Shown here piece after piece: positions 9,145 through 19,118 of a stretch of 64,000 bases of DNA (positions are counted from its first letter, which is position 1; the number at the start of each line of letters is the position of its first letter). The translations under genes were made by a program, and so were the position numbers. Origin of the DNA: an uncultured Gemmatimonadales bacterium (GTDB taxonomy: Bacteria > Gemmatimonadota > Gemmatimonadetes > Gemmatimonadales > GWC2-71-9); assembly GCA_963771275.1 (NCBI GenBank), contig CAVYSW010000005.1, positions 1 through 64,000 of the forward strand. Direction: 5' to 3'. Below the pieces are notes generated by a model that was given only the letters and a program-made list of their open reading frames with translations, made no database searches and was not told the origin of the DNA.

Positions 9145-9325
9145 GAAACCACCGCCGGACGGCGTCCTGCACGTCCCCCTCCGGCAGATCCGGGTGTTGG
9201 CTCCGGATCCATGCCGCCTTGAGGTCCCAGGCGGCCCGCCGCAGCGCCTCGCTCGCCCGGATCTTCTCCTCCGGGCTCATCGCGCGGACCAGGCGCTGCT
9301 GCAACTCGAGGGCGGGCGACGACAT
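9128..9325 (-). CDS. Small helical antitoxin, MenA1-like
   Basis: 65 aa, EEKIRASEALRRAAWDLKAAWIRSQHPDLPEGDVQDAVRRW; 17-nt overlap with the NTase gene. Confidence 0.7.
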   Translation of the reverse strand: MSSPALELQQRLVRAMSPEEKIRASEALRRAAWDLKAAWIRSQHPDLPEGDVQDAVRRWFRDAAA

Positions 9326-9385
9326 GCCTCAAAGGTGCGTGCGGCGCATCCCCGCGGCAACTCACTCCCGAGCCCGCTTTGGTGG

Positions 9386-11518
9386 CTAGCGCGTGCTCCC
9401 CGTGCCCCCCTTGAGCCCCCGGTTCTCCAGCAGCGGCCCGATCTCCGGGTCCCGCCCCCGGAAGGCGCGGTACATCACGGCCACGTCGCCGCTCCCCCCG
9501 CGCGACAGGATCATGTCGCGGAAGCGCTGGCCGTTCTCCCGCGTCAGCCCGCCGTGCTCGAGGAACCAGGCGTAGGCGTCGGCGTCGATCACCTCGCTCC
9601 AGATGTACGCGTAGTAGCCCGCGGCGTAGCCGCCGCTCCAGATGTGCGAGAAGTAGCTGGTCCGGTAGCGCGGCGGCACCAGCGGCAGGTCCACCCCGTA
9701 GCGCCCGAGCGCCTGCGTCTCGAACGCGTCCACGTCCGCCGGACGCTCGCCGACCGTCAACGTGTGCCACGCCAGGTCGAGCAGCGCCGCCGCCAGATAC
9801 TCCGTCGTGGCGAAGCCCTGGTCGAACGTCGTCGTGCGCCGGATCTTGGCCTCGAGGTCGGCCGGCATGGGGGCGCCCGTCTGGTAGTGCCGCGCGTAGT
9901 GCGCGAACACCTCGGGGTGCAGGGCCCAGTGCTCGTTGAACTGCGAGGGCACCTCGGTGAAGTCCCGCGGCATGTTGCCCGCGAGCCGCGGGTAGGGCGC
10001 CGCGTTGAACAGGCCGCTCAACGCATGGCCGAACTCGTGGAACATCGTGGTCACGTTGTCCCACGTGAGCAGCGCCGGCTGCCCCGCGGCGGGCTTGGTG
10101 AAGTTGCACGTGTTGGTGAGGACCGGCCGCGTGCCCATGAGCGTCGAGCGGCTCACGAAGCCGCCGGACCAGGCGCCGCCGTTCTTGTTGTCGCGCTTGA
10201 AGTAGTCGGCGTAGAACAGGCCGAGCGACGTGTCCGCGTCGAACACCTCGAACACCCGCACGTCAGGCTGGTAGACCGGCAGGTCGTGCCGCTCGCGGAA
10301 GGTCAGGCCGTAGAGCTGCTGGGCGGCGTAGAAGATGCCGTCCTCGAGTACGCGGTCGAGCTCGAAGTACGGCTTGATCTGCTCCTCGTCGAGCGCGTAC
10401 TGCGCCGCCCGCACCTGCTCGGCGTAGTACTGCCAGTCCCACGGCTGGAGCTGGACGCCGCCGCCCTGCTGGTCGATGAGCTGCTGCATCGCCGCGGCCT
10501 CGGCACGGGCCTTCGCCGTCGCGGGCGCCGCGAGCTGGGTCAGCAGGCCGAGCGCGTTCTCCGGCGTCTTCGCCATCCGCTCCTCGAGGCTGTAGGCGGC
10601 GTACGTCGGGTACCCGAGCAGCTGGGAGCGCTCCGGACGGACCTGGGCGAGCCGCAGGATGATCTGGCGGGTGTCGTTGCTGTCGCCGTGCTCGGCGCGC
10701 GTGGTGGACGCCTCGAAGAGCCGCTGCCGCACCGCGCGATCCCGCAGCGCGCCCTGCGCCGGCTGCTGCGTGGTGTTCTGCAGCGGCAGCAGCCACCGGC
10801 CCGTCAGGCCGCGGCGCGTGGCGGCCCCCGCCGCGGCGGCCAGCTCGCCCGCACTCAGGCCGGCGAGCTCGGTGGAGTCGTCCACGACGAGGCCGCCCGC
10901 CCGCGTGGCCGCGAGCAGCCGCCGCCCGAACTCGTTGGTGAGCGACGCCTGCTCCTGGTTCAGCGCGCGCAGCCGCGCCTTGTCGGCGTCGGACAGGAGG
11001 GCGCCGGCGCGCACGAAGTCGCGGTAGTAGATCTCCACGACGAGGCGCTGCAGCGAGTCGAGGCCGAGGCTGTCGCGCCGGTCGTAGAGCCGCTTGATCC
11101 GCTGGAACAGGGTGTCGTTCAAGGAGATGGCGTCGCGGTGCGCGGCCAGCCGCGGCGCCAGGGCCCGCTGGATGGCCTGGAGCGTGTCGTTGGTGTTGGC
11201 CGAGGTGAGGGCGCCGAACGCCCGCTGCACGCGCGCGAGCAGCTCCCCCGAGCGCTCGAGCGGGAGGATCGTGTTCTCGAACGTCGGCGCGGCCGGGTCG
11301 TGGATGATGGCCGCCACCTCGGCGAGCTGCTGGCGCATCCCTTCTTCGATGGCCGGCTGGAAGTCGGTGTTGCGGATCCGGTCGAAGGCCGGCGCCTGAT
11401 AGAGCAGGGGACTCGGTGCCGCGAAGGGGTTGGTGCTGGGGAGCTGCGCCGACCCGACGCGGCTGCCGGCGAGGAGGGCGAGACCGAGGGGAATCGCGAG
11501 ACGACGGATGCTGGACAT
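9386..11518 (-). CDS. dcp: M3 metallopeptidase, peptidyl-dipeptidase Dcp-like, secreted
   Basis: TMFHEFGH zinc motif, KNGGAW, DFTEVPSQ and YFSHIWSGGYAAGYY; signal peptide. Confidence 0.93.
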   Translation of the reverse strand: MSSIRRLAIPLGLALLAGSRVGSAQLPSTNPFAAPSPLLYQAPAFDRIRNTDFQPAIEEGMRQQLAEVAAIIHDPAAPTFENTILPLERSGELLARVQRAFGALTSANTNDTLQAIQRALAPRLAAHRDAISLNDTLFQRIKRLYDRRDSLGLDSLQRLVVEIYYRDFVRAGALLSDADKARLRALNQEQASLTNEFGRRLLAATRAGGLVVDDSTELAGLSAGELAAAAGAATRRGLTGRWLLPLQNTTQQPAQGALRDRAVRQRLFEASTTRAEHGDSNDTRQIILRLAQVRPERSQLLGYPTYAAYSLEERMAKTPENALGLLTQLAAPATAKARAEAAAMQQLIDQQGGGVQLQPWDWQYYAEQVRAAQYALDEEQIKPYFELDRVLEDGIFYAAQQLYGLTFRERHDLPVYQPDVRVFEVFDADTSLGLFYADYFKRDNKNGGAWSGGFVSRSTLMGTRPVLTNTCNFTKPAAGQPALLTWDNVTTMFHEFGHALSGLFNAAPYPRLAGNMPRDFTEVPSQFNEHWALHPEVFAHYARHYQTGAPMPADLEAKIRRTTTFDQGFATTEYLAAALLDLAWHTLTVGERPADVDAFETQALGRYGVDLPLVPPRYRTSYFSHIWSGGYAAGYYAYIWSEVIDADAYAWFLEHGGLTRENGQRFRDMILSRGGSGDVAVMYRAFRGRDPEIGPLLENRGLKGGTGSTR

Positions 11519-11716
11519 TGGAGCGTCCCGGTGAGCAGGTGAGGACCCAAGACCACCGCGGAAAGATTTCCATCCCGGAGGCGCGGGGCAAGCGGGACAA
11601 TCAGTCTCCCCTTTGTCCCGATTCCAGCCTTTGCAGTCAGACCTCCCAATCTGGCCATCCGTCGGGCTGCACCCTAAGCACGAGCTGAAGCGCCTTGGGT
11701 CTCAACCCGCTCTGCC

Positions 11717-12139
11717 CTAGGGTGCTACCTCCATCCCGAGTGCCCGGGCGTTGTCCCGGATCCGGTCATCGAGCGAGATCATCGTGACGCCGCCGAGCGC
11801 CTCGTGGAACAGGGCCGCGGTGCCGAGATGGAACGCGTCCAGCGTGCGGACCGGCTCGGACGGGAATCGGGCGGCGGCGCGCTCGAGCACCGGGCCCGTC
11901 AGTTCACGCGTCACCCACGATTGCCGGGCTACGTCGAGCAGCCGTAGGGCGACCAACTCGTCGGCGGGCGCCAGCCGGCGGGTTGCGACGCCGCGCGCCA
12001 CCGCCCGCGCACACTCCACGGCCGTGAGCGTCGAGGCGACGACGCGCTCCGCGCTCCGGAGCGCGTCCCGTACCGCGCGGCCATCCGGCTCGCCCAGGAG
12101 CCACGCCAGCACGGCGCTGCTCTCGGCGTAGGCGATCAA
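11717..12139 (-). CDS. vapC: PIN-domain toxin (VapC family)
   Basis: IAYAESSAVLAWLLGEP, VEC, RTLDAFHL and SLDDR; 4-nt overlap with the antitoxin gene. Confidence 0.88.
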   Translation of the reverse strand: MIAYAESSAVLAWLLGEPDGRAVRDALRSAERVVASTLTAVECARAVARGVATRRLAPADELVALRLLDVARQSWVTRELTGPVLERAAARFPSEPVRTLDAFHLGTAALFHEALGGVTMISLDDRIRDNARALGMEVAP

Positions 12140-12432
12140 CGCTCGGCCCGCTCCTCGGCGAGGAGCGTCCGGGCGGTTCCCTTGCGCGCCCGGACGGGCG
12201 AGACGCCGTAGGCGTCCCGATCGTGCGGCTCGCCGACCTTCAGACCGCCCCCTTCAGCCAGGCGTCGCAGGCCCCGGTCGATCCCGGTTTCCGTCGGCGG
12301 GGGGCCGCCCGGCGCGCGCAGCTCCGCCACGACCTCGTGGCGGTCGGTCACGAGGATCACCTCCCCGGCGCGCACCTCGCGCAGGTAGGCGCTCAGCCGC
12401 GCCTTGAGCTCCCGGACGCCAACGGCCTTCAT
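12136..12432 (-). CDS. Phd/YefM-family antitoxin
   Basis: MKAVGVRELKARLSAYLREVRAGEVILVTDRHEVVAEL is a classic Phd N-terminus. Confidence 0.92.
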   Translation of the reverse strand: MKAVGVRELKARLSAYLREVRAGEVILVTDRHEVVAELRAPGGPPPTETGIDRGLRRLAEGGGLKVGEPHDRDAYGVSPVRARKGTARTLLAEERAER

Positions 12433-12599
12433 GGGCTGAAATGTAGTTACCTGTGACTACATTGCCAAGCACGCTGTCGAGGCTCGGCCTGACGGGCGCC
12501 CGCGCCGTGCGGATGCCGAAGCCTCCCTCCGCGCGTCTTCGTCGTGGACGGTCGCGTCTTCCTGCTCGGCCTCGACGACCTCTCCCCGACCGATCTCCT

Positions 12600-13994
12600 C
12601 TACGGGACGCGCGCGCCCCGCTGGTCGCGGCCGTTCTGGTGCAGGATCAGTCCGTTCACCGTGCCATCGGCGCCGCGCGTGAAGCTGAGCTGTGCGTCCA
12701 CCACCCGGAGAAAGAACTCGTCGGGCGCGCTCGCCCAGATCCGGAACGCGGGCTGTCCGGTGGCCTGGAGCGTCAGGTGATCGCCCTCCCGCGTTACGGC
12801 GAGCACGAATGCCGGGGTGAGCGGGTACCGTCCCACGTACTCATCGAGGACAGCCGCCGGGAGGGCGACGGGGGTGCGCACGGCGTCGAGTGGGCGCGTC
12901 GGGTCGAGCAGGTGCAGGCCAATGTCATCGATGTTCTCGGTCGCGTTCGTGAGCACCACGACCCCCACGCGCCGCGCCGGGTCGTACCCCGCCCAGCTGT
13001 GGTAGCCACCCGTGCCGCCGTTATGCCACACGATCCGCGTGCCCGCGGCCCCCTGCCGCACGTGCCAGCCCAGGCCGATGCGCATCGCGCCGCCCGGGCC
13101 GGCGTCGAACTGCGGCTCGGCCGCCAGCCGGAACGCGGAGTCGAGCGGCGTGCGTCGGAGCCCCATCGCGGCGGCGAGAAATGCCGTCATGTCCGCGGCG
13201 GTGGAGCGAAGCGCGCCGGCCCCGGCCAGGGCATCCAGGTCCCAGTTGGCCGCCGGCCGGCCGTCGGCGGACCCCTGGGCGAGGCGCGCGCGCGCCAGGT
13301 CGGTGAGCGTGATCATCGTGCTCGTCATGCCCAGCGGGGCCAGGATGCGGCGGCGGACCAGCTCCTCGTAGCCCATGCCCGCGCGCCGCGCGAGCGCCAG
13401 GCCGAGCAGCCCGACGCCGACGTTCGAGTACTCGTAGGCCGCGCCGGGCGCGCGGGTCAACGTGTAGCCGTTCAGGAACGCGTACAGGCGGGCGGCGTCG
13501 TAGTCGGCGTAGGGATTGCTCGCATCGCGCGGCGCGAAGTTGGCCGGCATGCGCGGCAACCCCGAGCGCTGGACCGAGAGGAGGCGGAGCGTGATGGGTT
13601 GCGAGTCCGAGCCCGGCACGCGCACCGAGTCCGGGAGGTAGCGCTGCACCGGGTCGTCGAGGGCGACCTCGCCCTTCACCGCCATGTCGGCCAGGACCAC
13701 GGCGGTGAAGACCTTGGTGATCGAGCCGATCTCGTAGATGGTGCGCTGGTCGACGGGGGCGCCGCCCTCCACCGCCGCCCTGCCGTACGCGAAGTAGCGG
13801 GCGCCGGCCGAGTCCACCACGCCGATCACGATGCTGGGCGCCCAGCGGGCGTCGACCCGCGCGCGGACATTGGCCAGGACGTCGTCCGGGATCGCGGCCC
13901 GCTGCTGCGCGCCAAGGGTCGCGGTGCCCAGCGCGGTCGCGACCGCGATGGCCGCGGCCAGCCGAGACGGAAACCAGCGATCAGCCACGTGCAT
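12600..13994 (-). CDS. Beta-lactamase-family serine hydrolase with C-terminal DUF3471-like domain
   Basis: GSITK (SxxK), YEYSN and WHNGGTGG; C-terminal LDEYVGRY...; signal peptide. Start uncertain (13994 or 14009). Confidence 0.9.
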   Translation of the reverse strand: MHVADRWFPSRLAAAIAVATALGTATLGAQQRAAIPDDVLANVRARVDARWAPSIVIGVVDSAGARYFAYGRAAVEGGAPVDQRTIYEIGSITKVFTAVVLADMAVKGEVALDDPVQRYLPDSVRVPGSDSQPITLRLLSVQRSGLPRMPANFAPRDASNPYADYDAARLYAFLNGYTLTRAPGAAYEYSNVGVGLLGLALARRAGMGYEELVRRRILAPLGMTSTMITLTDLARARLAQGSADGRPAANWDLDALAGAGALRSTAADMTAFLAAAMGLRRTPLDSAFRLAAEPQFDAGPGGAMRIGLGWHVRQGAAGTRIVWHNGGTGGYHSWAGYDPARRVGVVVLTNATENIDDIGLHLLDPTRPLDAVRTPVALPAAVLDEYVGRYPLTPAFVLAVTREGDHLTLQATGQPAFRIWASAPDEFFLRVVDAQLSFTRGADGTVNGLILHQNGRDQRGARVP

Positions 13995-15208
13995 GCCCCA
14001 ATCTGGCACCCTCGATCGAGACCGGCGCGGCGATCACGCCCGACTCCCCGGGCAGACCGCGCCGGGTTGCCGCCTTGGCGGCATCCCCATCTTGGCGCCT
14101 ACCGCCCGCCCCCGCCCCCGTCAGCAGATACACCGCGAACGACGCCAGCCAGTGCTCTCCCAGGTAGTCGCCGCTCTCGACGTAGGGAAGGCTCGCCTCG
14201 GCGTGGCGGGCGGCCGAGGCGAGCAGCACCGGCCGGGCCGGATCACCCTCCGGCAGCGCCTCAGCGACGGCCCGCATGCACCACGCCCGGCTCAGAGTTG
14301 AGCCCGTCCAGATGCACCAGGCCGGGATCCCCGCGATCCGTCACGATCGCGGGCTCGAGGAGGTTGGCGGGGCGCCCCCGCCCGATGTCCGGCAGGAACG
14401 CGTGGAGCCAGCGCGCGAACGCGGGCGCCGGCAGCACCCGCCGCATCAGATCGGCCTCGACCAGCGAGCGCGAGAGGAAGTCGTCCCCATCCGGCTCCCA
14501 CGCGGCGGGCACGTCGACGTCGCTCTCGAAATAGGTCCGGCTCCGCTCCACCAGCAGCGAATCCAGGTCGGCACGACCCACCGCGCGCGCGTAGTCGAGC
14601 GCCAGCGCCATGCCGAACGCCGTGTTGGGATGCACGCCCCGCCGGATCGGGTACACCTGCTTGGGCAGGAACGCGAGATAGCGCGCGACGATCGCGTCGG
14701 CCAGCGGCTGAAGGTTGGCCGCCCACCGGCGCCCGTCGGGGTCGTCCCAGGCGTGCAGCTCCTCCGCCAGCTTGAGCAGCCAGGCCCAGCCGTACATCCG
14801 CTCGAACGACGCGCTGCCCGGCCGCCCGAGATACGCCGCCTCGGCCGCCAGATGGGCCGCGGACAGGTCGGCGTCCAGCGTGCGGCGGATCTCGGCCGCT
14901 TCCGGCAGGTCGGGAAACACCTCGAGCAGGCGCACCAGCATCCAGTGGCCGTGCACCGCCGAGTGCCAGTCGTAGCTCCCGTAGAAGCTGGGGTGGAGCG
15001 CCCGCGGCGCTTGCACGTCGGCGGGGCCGTTCATCACGTGCTCCAGCTTGTTGGGGTACTCGCGCGTGATGCCTTTGAGGCCGAGTTGGGCGAACCGCGA
15101 CGCGGCAGCGCGGTCCAATGCCGGAAGGGCCGGCGCCGCGGGCGGCCCGGCCCGGTCACAGCCGGCCAGCAGCAGCGCCAGGGCCAGGGCCCGAATGGGA
15201 ATGGTCAT
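13981..15208 (-). pseudogene. DUF2891-family lipoprotein interrupted by a 1-bp insertion (or an assembly error)
   Basis: Lipobox LLAGC, FYGSYDWHSAVHGHW and FERMYGWAW. The minus strand reads CAT CTG GAC GGG CTC AAC [T] CTG AGC CGG GCG TGG; deleting base 14296 restores HLDGLNLSRAWCMRAV...GDYLGEHWLASFAVY. Confidence 0.85.
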
Positions 15209-15379
15209 GAGGAGCCAAGCTACGCGGCGGACACCGCGCGTCCAGCGCGAGCGCCGTCGCGGCCGGGTGACGAAACGAACGAGCCGAACGGCTTTCGCCA
15301 TCCGGCTCGTCAGGCGCAGCGAAGACTGGCTGCGGACTCGCACTCGACACTGACACGATGGAGGGAACGGTGTGCCGAG

Positions 15380-17413
15380 TCAAGAACGCGGCGCCGCGTC
15401 TCGGGCGGCCTTTGTGATGAGGATAGGCGCCGGCTGCAGCGCGGCGGCGCGCGACGCGAGCGGCGGGAGCCCGGACCGCGCCTCCCACATCTGGTAGCGC
15501 GGATCCCGCCGGAGAAAGTCGAACGCCGGGTCCACCCGAATCTGGTGCAGGTAGCTGTCGCGACGCACCAGCATGGAGTCGAGCCAGCGCAGCGTCGCGA
15601 GCGTGTCGCCGAGCGTGGCGAATGCGGACGCGTAGTGCGAGGGCGGCACGCGCTCGCCGGCACGGCTGGCGCGGTCGAGCCGCGCGATCGTCCGCCGCGC
15701 GTCGGCGGCGAGCAGGCGGACGGCCGCGGCGTCCGTCGCGACGGTCGGCAGGGCGGCCACCCCTCCGGAGTCTCCCTCGGCCGCCCTCGCGCGACGCAGC
15801 CACTCCACGGCGTCGCGCGGACGGCCCAAGGCGCGGTAGAGCTCGGCGAAGTCCGCGTATCCCCGCCGCCATCCGGGATCGTCCTGCAGCATCTGCGCGA
15901 ACACCTGCCGGGATTCCTCGTAGCGCCGCGCGAAGTAGAGCTGCTTGGCCACCAGCCGGGCGAACAACAGACTCAGCGGATCGCGCCGATGCGCGCGCCG
16001 CGCCGCCGCGACCGCGCTGTCCATCTCGCCGTGGAAGCGGAACCACACCGACTGCATCCCCGCGACGTCCGGCTCCAGGGAATCGAGCATGCGGGCGCGA
16101 TCGATCCGCTCGCGTGCGCGCGACAGGTCGAGATGCACGAACATGTCCTCGGACGCCAGCGCGAGCCATGCACTGGCTGCCGTGCTGTCGAGCGCGAGCG
16201 CCCGTCGGGCCAGCGCGTCGATCTTCGGCCACGCCTCGTCCGGGTCGGTGAGATCATTGAGGGCCGTGAAGATGTAGGCCTGCGCCAGACCGTAGAGGCC
16301 GGGGACGTACAACGGCTCCCGGTCCACCAGCGAGGCGAACGTGTCGCGCGACGCCGGGAAGGCGAACTGGAACCGGAGCGTGAGGCCGCGGAGATACGAG
16401 CTGTACGCCCCCGTATCCGCCCGATACCACGCCGGCAGGCGCAGCACCGCGCGCTCGGCCTCGGCGGCCGGATCGTGCTCCGCTCCGGTCCGCGGGGGTG
16501 ACGCCGCGGCGGGACGGCGGGCGAGCAACGATCCGGCCCCGAGCGTCGCCACGGTCAGCAGTCCGGCGGCGATCACGCCGCGCAGGCGCCACCACGCCCC
16601 TCCCGTCGCCGCCATCGGCACGGGCGGCGTCAGCGGCGGCGGGAGCGTCGCCGGCGCCGCAGCCGGCGCCCAGGTCACCGCGGTCTGTCGGCCGGTCGCG
16701 GCGGCCGCCCGCAGCCCGTCCGCGAGCGCCCTGGTCTCGGCCGAGGGCTCCGCCTCGAGCTCGCGGGCGAACCAGTCGGCGAGGTCCTGATAGGCTTGGA
16801 GGGCGCCGCCCCGGTCGCCAGCGGCGGCCAGCACGCGCATGAGCCACCGGGCTCCCGCCTCGTTGCCGGGGTCGAGCCGAGCCGCCCGGCGGACCGCATC
16901 CACCTCGGCCTGGCCGGTCCCCTCGAGCTCGCGTGCCCGCTTCCACGCCGCCGCCCGTACCGCCCGCAGCAGCTCCACACGCTGGTCCTCCAGCCAGCGC
17001 TCGAAGTCCGGGGCGCCCGAGACATGGAAGCCGGGCGCCAGATCTCCGGTCCACAGCGCCACGGCCTCGTCCAGCCGACCGGCCGCGAGGTGCGCGCGCA
17101 ACGCGAGCGCATCGCAGCGGACCGCGCCGACGTCGAGACCGACGTAGGCCTCGCCCCGCGTCACGATCGCCTCGCCGCCCAGGGCCTGACGGAGCGCATG
17201 GAGTGCGTTCCTCAGCGAATGCCGGGATGAGCCGTCGGCCGCTTCGGGCCACAGCAGCGCCAGGAGGCGGTCCCGGGCGTGGAGGCCGGCCGGCTCGGCC
17301 AGGGCCAGATAGAGCAGCAGGGCGAGCCGTTTGGGCTGGGTGAGCACGGCTTGCGTGCCGTCCAGATGGCTCGCGCGGACGTCGATGGCGCCGAGCAACT
17401 GCAGATCGATCAT
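15380..17413 (-). CDS. Membrane-anchored SARP/BTAD transcriptional activator with C-terminal TPR domain
   Basis: N-terminal LQLLG...RDRLLALLWPE...SLRNALHALR wHTH, BTAD (F..WLE, DPGNE, LEAEPSAET), TM VIAAGLLTVATLGAGSLLA, then TPRs. Confidence 0.9.
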   Translation of the reverse strand: MIDLQLLGAIDVRASHLDGTQAVLTQPKRLALLLYLALAEPAGLHARDRLLALLWPEAADGSSRHSLRNALHALRQALGGEAIVTRGEAYVGLDVGAVRCDALALRAHLAAGRLDEAVALWTGDLAPGFHVSGAPDFERWLEDQRVELLRAVRAAAWKRARELEGTGQAEVDAVRRAARLDPGNEAGARWLMRVLAAAGDRGGALQAYQDLADWFARELEAEPSAETRALADGLRAAAATGRQTAVTWAPAAAPATLPPPLTPPVPMAATGGAWWRLRGVIAAGLLTVATLGAGSLLARRPAAASPPRTGAEHDPAAEAERAVLRLPAWYRADTGAYSSYLRGLTLRFQFAFPASRDTFASLVDREPLYVPGLYGLAQAYIFTALNDLTDPDEAWPKIDALARRALALDSTAASAWLALASEDMFVHLDLSRARERIDRARMLDSLEPDVAGMQSVWFRFHGEMDSAVAAARRAHRRDPLSLLFARLVAKQLYFARRYEESRQVFAQMLQDDPGWRRGYADFAELYRALGRPRDAVEWLRRARAAEGDSGGVAALPTVATDAAAVRLLAADARRTIARLDRASRAGERVPPSHYASAFATLGDTLATLRWLDSMLVRRDSYLHQIRVDPAFDFLRRDPRYQMWEARSGLPPLASRAAALQPAPILITKAARDAAPRS

Positions 17414-17418
17414 GGGCC

Positions 17419-17469
17419 CACGCTGGGGGACGCCTGGGTGACGGCTCGGGGACACCTAAAACCTAGCAT
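17419..17469 (+). promoter_or_regulatory. Putative SARP-dependent promoter: direct repeats at 11-bp pitch plus -10 box
   Basis: GACGCC 17429, GACGGC 17440 and GACACC 17451 (plus CACGCT 17419); ccTAGCAT at 17464-17469. Confidence 0.6.
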
Positions 17470-17514
17470 TCCCATCCCGATTCCACACTCCCCACTTTCA
17501 GGAGGCATGCACAC

Positions 17515-18978
17515 ATGTCCACCACCTTCGCGCGTCCCTCGGCCCTGGCGGTCTGCCTCGGGGGCGCGCTCCTGGCTTCCTGCACGTCCGACGGGCCGAC
17601 CGCCATGGGCGACGGAAGCCCCGGGCTGTCGCGCACGCGGGGCGCTGGCACGGTCGCGGTCTGCCACCTCCCGGCGGGCGGTCGAATCCTGGAGGTCGCG
17701 ACACCCGCCCTCGCCGGTCACCTGTCGCATGGCGACTACATCGCCAGGCTGTTCGTGAGCCACGCGGCCGGTCAGCCGTCCGACGGCGCGCACTTCGGAA
17801 GCATCGGGGATGCGCTCGCCGCGGCCCGCACCGGCCGGCTGGCCCGGGGCGAGCTGCTCTCCGCCGCCTGCCGCATCACCATCATCGTCTCGGCCGATGT
17901 GTATCAAGGGACCGCCGGCCCGCCATCCGACGGTCTCGAGCGGTTCCCCCTGATCGTGGACGTGCCGGACATCACCCTACGCGGCGCGCTGGAGATGGGG
18001 CTCGACGGCGCCGGACGCGCGACCGGTGCCGGGACGGGGGAGGGTGAAACAACGCTGACCCCGGCCGAGCCGCTTCCCGTCATTGCCGGCGCTTCGACGC
18101 CCATCATCGTCGCGAATGCACACCCCGGCGGCTCCGCTGGGAACGGTCTCACGGTGGAAGGCTTCGTCTTTCAGTCGGGGCACGACCCGGCCGTTGACGC
18201 CGGGGGCCAGGGGGTCTTAAGCGTGCGGGCCGCGGGGCTCACCATCCGGGGGAACCGGTTCGAAGGTGGGTTCACGGAATCGGTGGACCTTCGCGCGAGC
18301 AGCGGTGGCGTCGTGCGGAACCACCTCGCGGGCACCGCCGGGACGTGTGACATCTGTCTGGCAGGGCCGGGGCGCTACCGGGCCACCGGCAACCGGCTGC
18401 TCGCCGGCGGGATCCCGGGGATCGTGGTCTCATCGCCGGTGGGCCTCGCGGTCCCCAGCGGCGTCGAGCCGCTCGAGCTCCCCGCCACGGCCGAAACGTG
18501 GGGGTATATCCGGAACAATGAGGTACGCGATCACCAGCGCACGCCGGTGGGCACCGGCATCCGGTTGGACGCGGTCGGCGTCGGCGCACCCAACGTGCAT
18601 GGCACGATCCACGCCGTCGTCCGCGACAACGCGTTGGTGAACAACCGATTCGGGATGATCGTGCACGCGGCCTTTCCGGTGGCCAACAGCGATCGCAAGG
18701 GCGACGTGGACCTGAGGCTCGGTGGGAACGTGTTCCACCAGAGCTGCCAGACGGACCTCCTGGTGTCGCTGTCCAGGCACACGACCGCCCTCGGACTGAG
18801 CAACAGCCCCTACTTGCTCAACTCGACGTTCACGCTGGCGCTCGGTGGGGACGTGAGCTGGGACCAGGTGTGGTTCAGCCATCCGGCCGGGTTCGGGAAC
18901 ACGCTCGTGGTGGACGGGCAGACGATCGCGAACGGGAGCCGGCAGTTCTACGATGCGGCGGGGTGCCCGGGGCTCTGA
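17515..18978 (+). CDS. Lipoprotein with probable right-handed beta-helix repeats
   Basis: GGAGG RBS, lipobox LLASC, VAVCH...HLSHGD motif, and repeated I.GN.F / RNN / DNALVNN beta-helix rungs. Confidence 0.8.
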   Translation: MSTTFARPSALAVCLGGALLASCTSDGPTAMGDGSPGLSRTRGAGTVAVCHLPAGGRILEVATPALAGHLSHGDYIARLFVSHAAGQPSDGAHFGSIGDALAAARTGRLARGELLSAACRITIIVSADVYQGTAGPPSDGLERFPLIVDVPDITLRGALEMGLDGAGRATGAGTGEGETTLTPAEPLPVIAGASTPIIVANAHPGGSAGNGLTVEGFVFQSGHDPAVDAGGQGVLSVRAAGLTIRGNRFEGGFTESVDLRASSGGVVRNHLAGTAGTCDICLAGPGRYRATGNRLLAGGIPGIVVSSPVGLAVPSGVEPLELPATAETWGYIRNNEVRDHQRTPVGTGIRLDAVGVGAPNVHGTIHAVVRDNALVNNRFGMIVHAAFPVANSDRKGDVDLRLGGNVFHQSCQTDLLVSLSRHTTALGLSNSPYLLNSTFTLALGGDVSWDQVWFSHPAGFGNTLVVDGQTIANGSRQFYDAAGCPGL

Positions 18979-19118
18979 CCCGAGGGCTGAGTTGCTGTGC
19001 CACGCGGCCGGTCGAGTGCGGACTCCTCGACCGGCGGCGCTTCCGCTCCATGCTTGGCTTGGCCTCGCAGGCCATTCACGGCGAGAGGACGAGCCCGCCG
19101 CGACCCTGATAGCGCGCT

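Noticed and set aside
11660..11716. attC-like words (gagctgaagcgcc) beside vapC
   Set aside because: No matching RYYYAAC/GTTRRRY pair at a suitable spacing.
12600..13994. Antibiotic-resistance beta-lactamase
   Set aside because: The motifs (HNG triad, DUF3471-like tail) fit the broad peptidase/esterase serine-hydrolase family, so resistance cannot be inferred.
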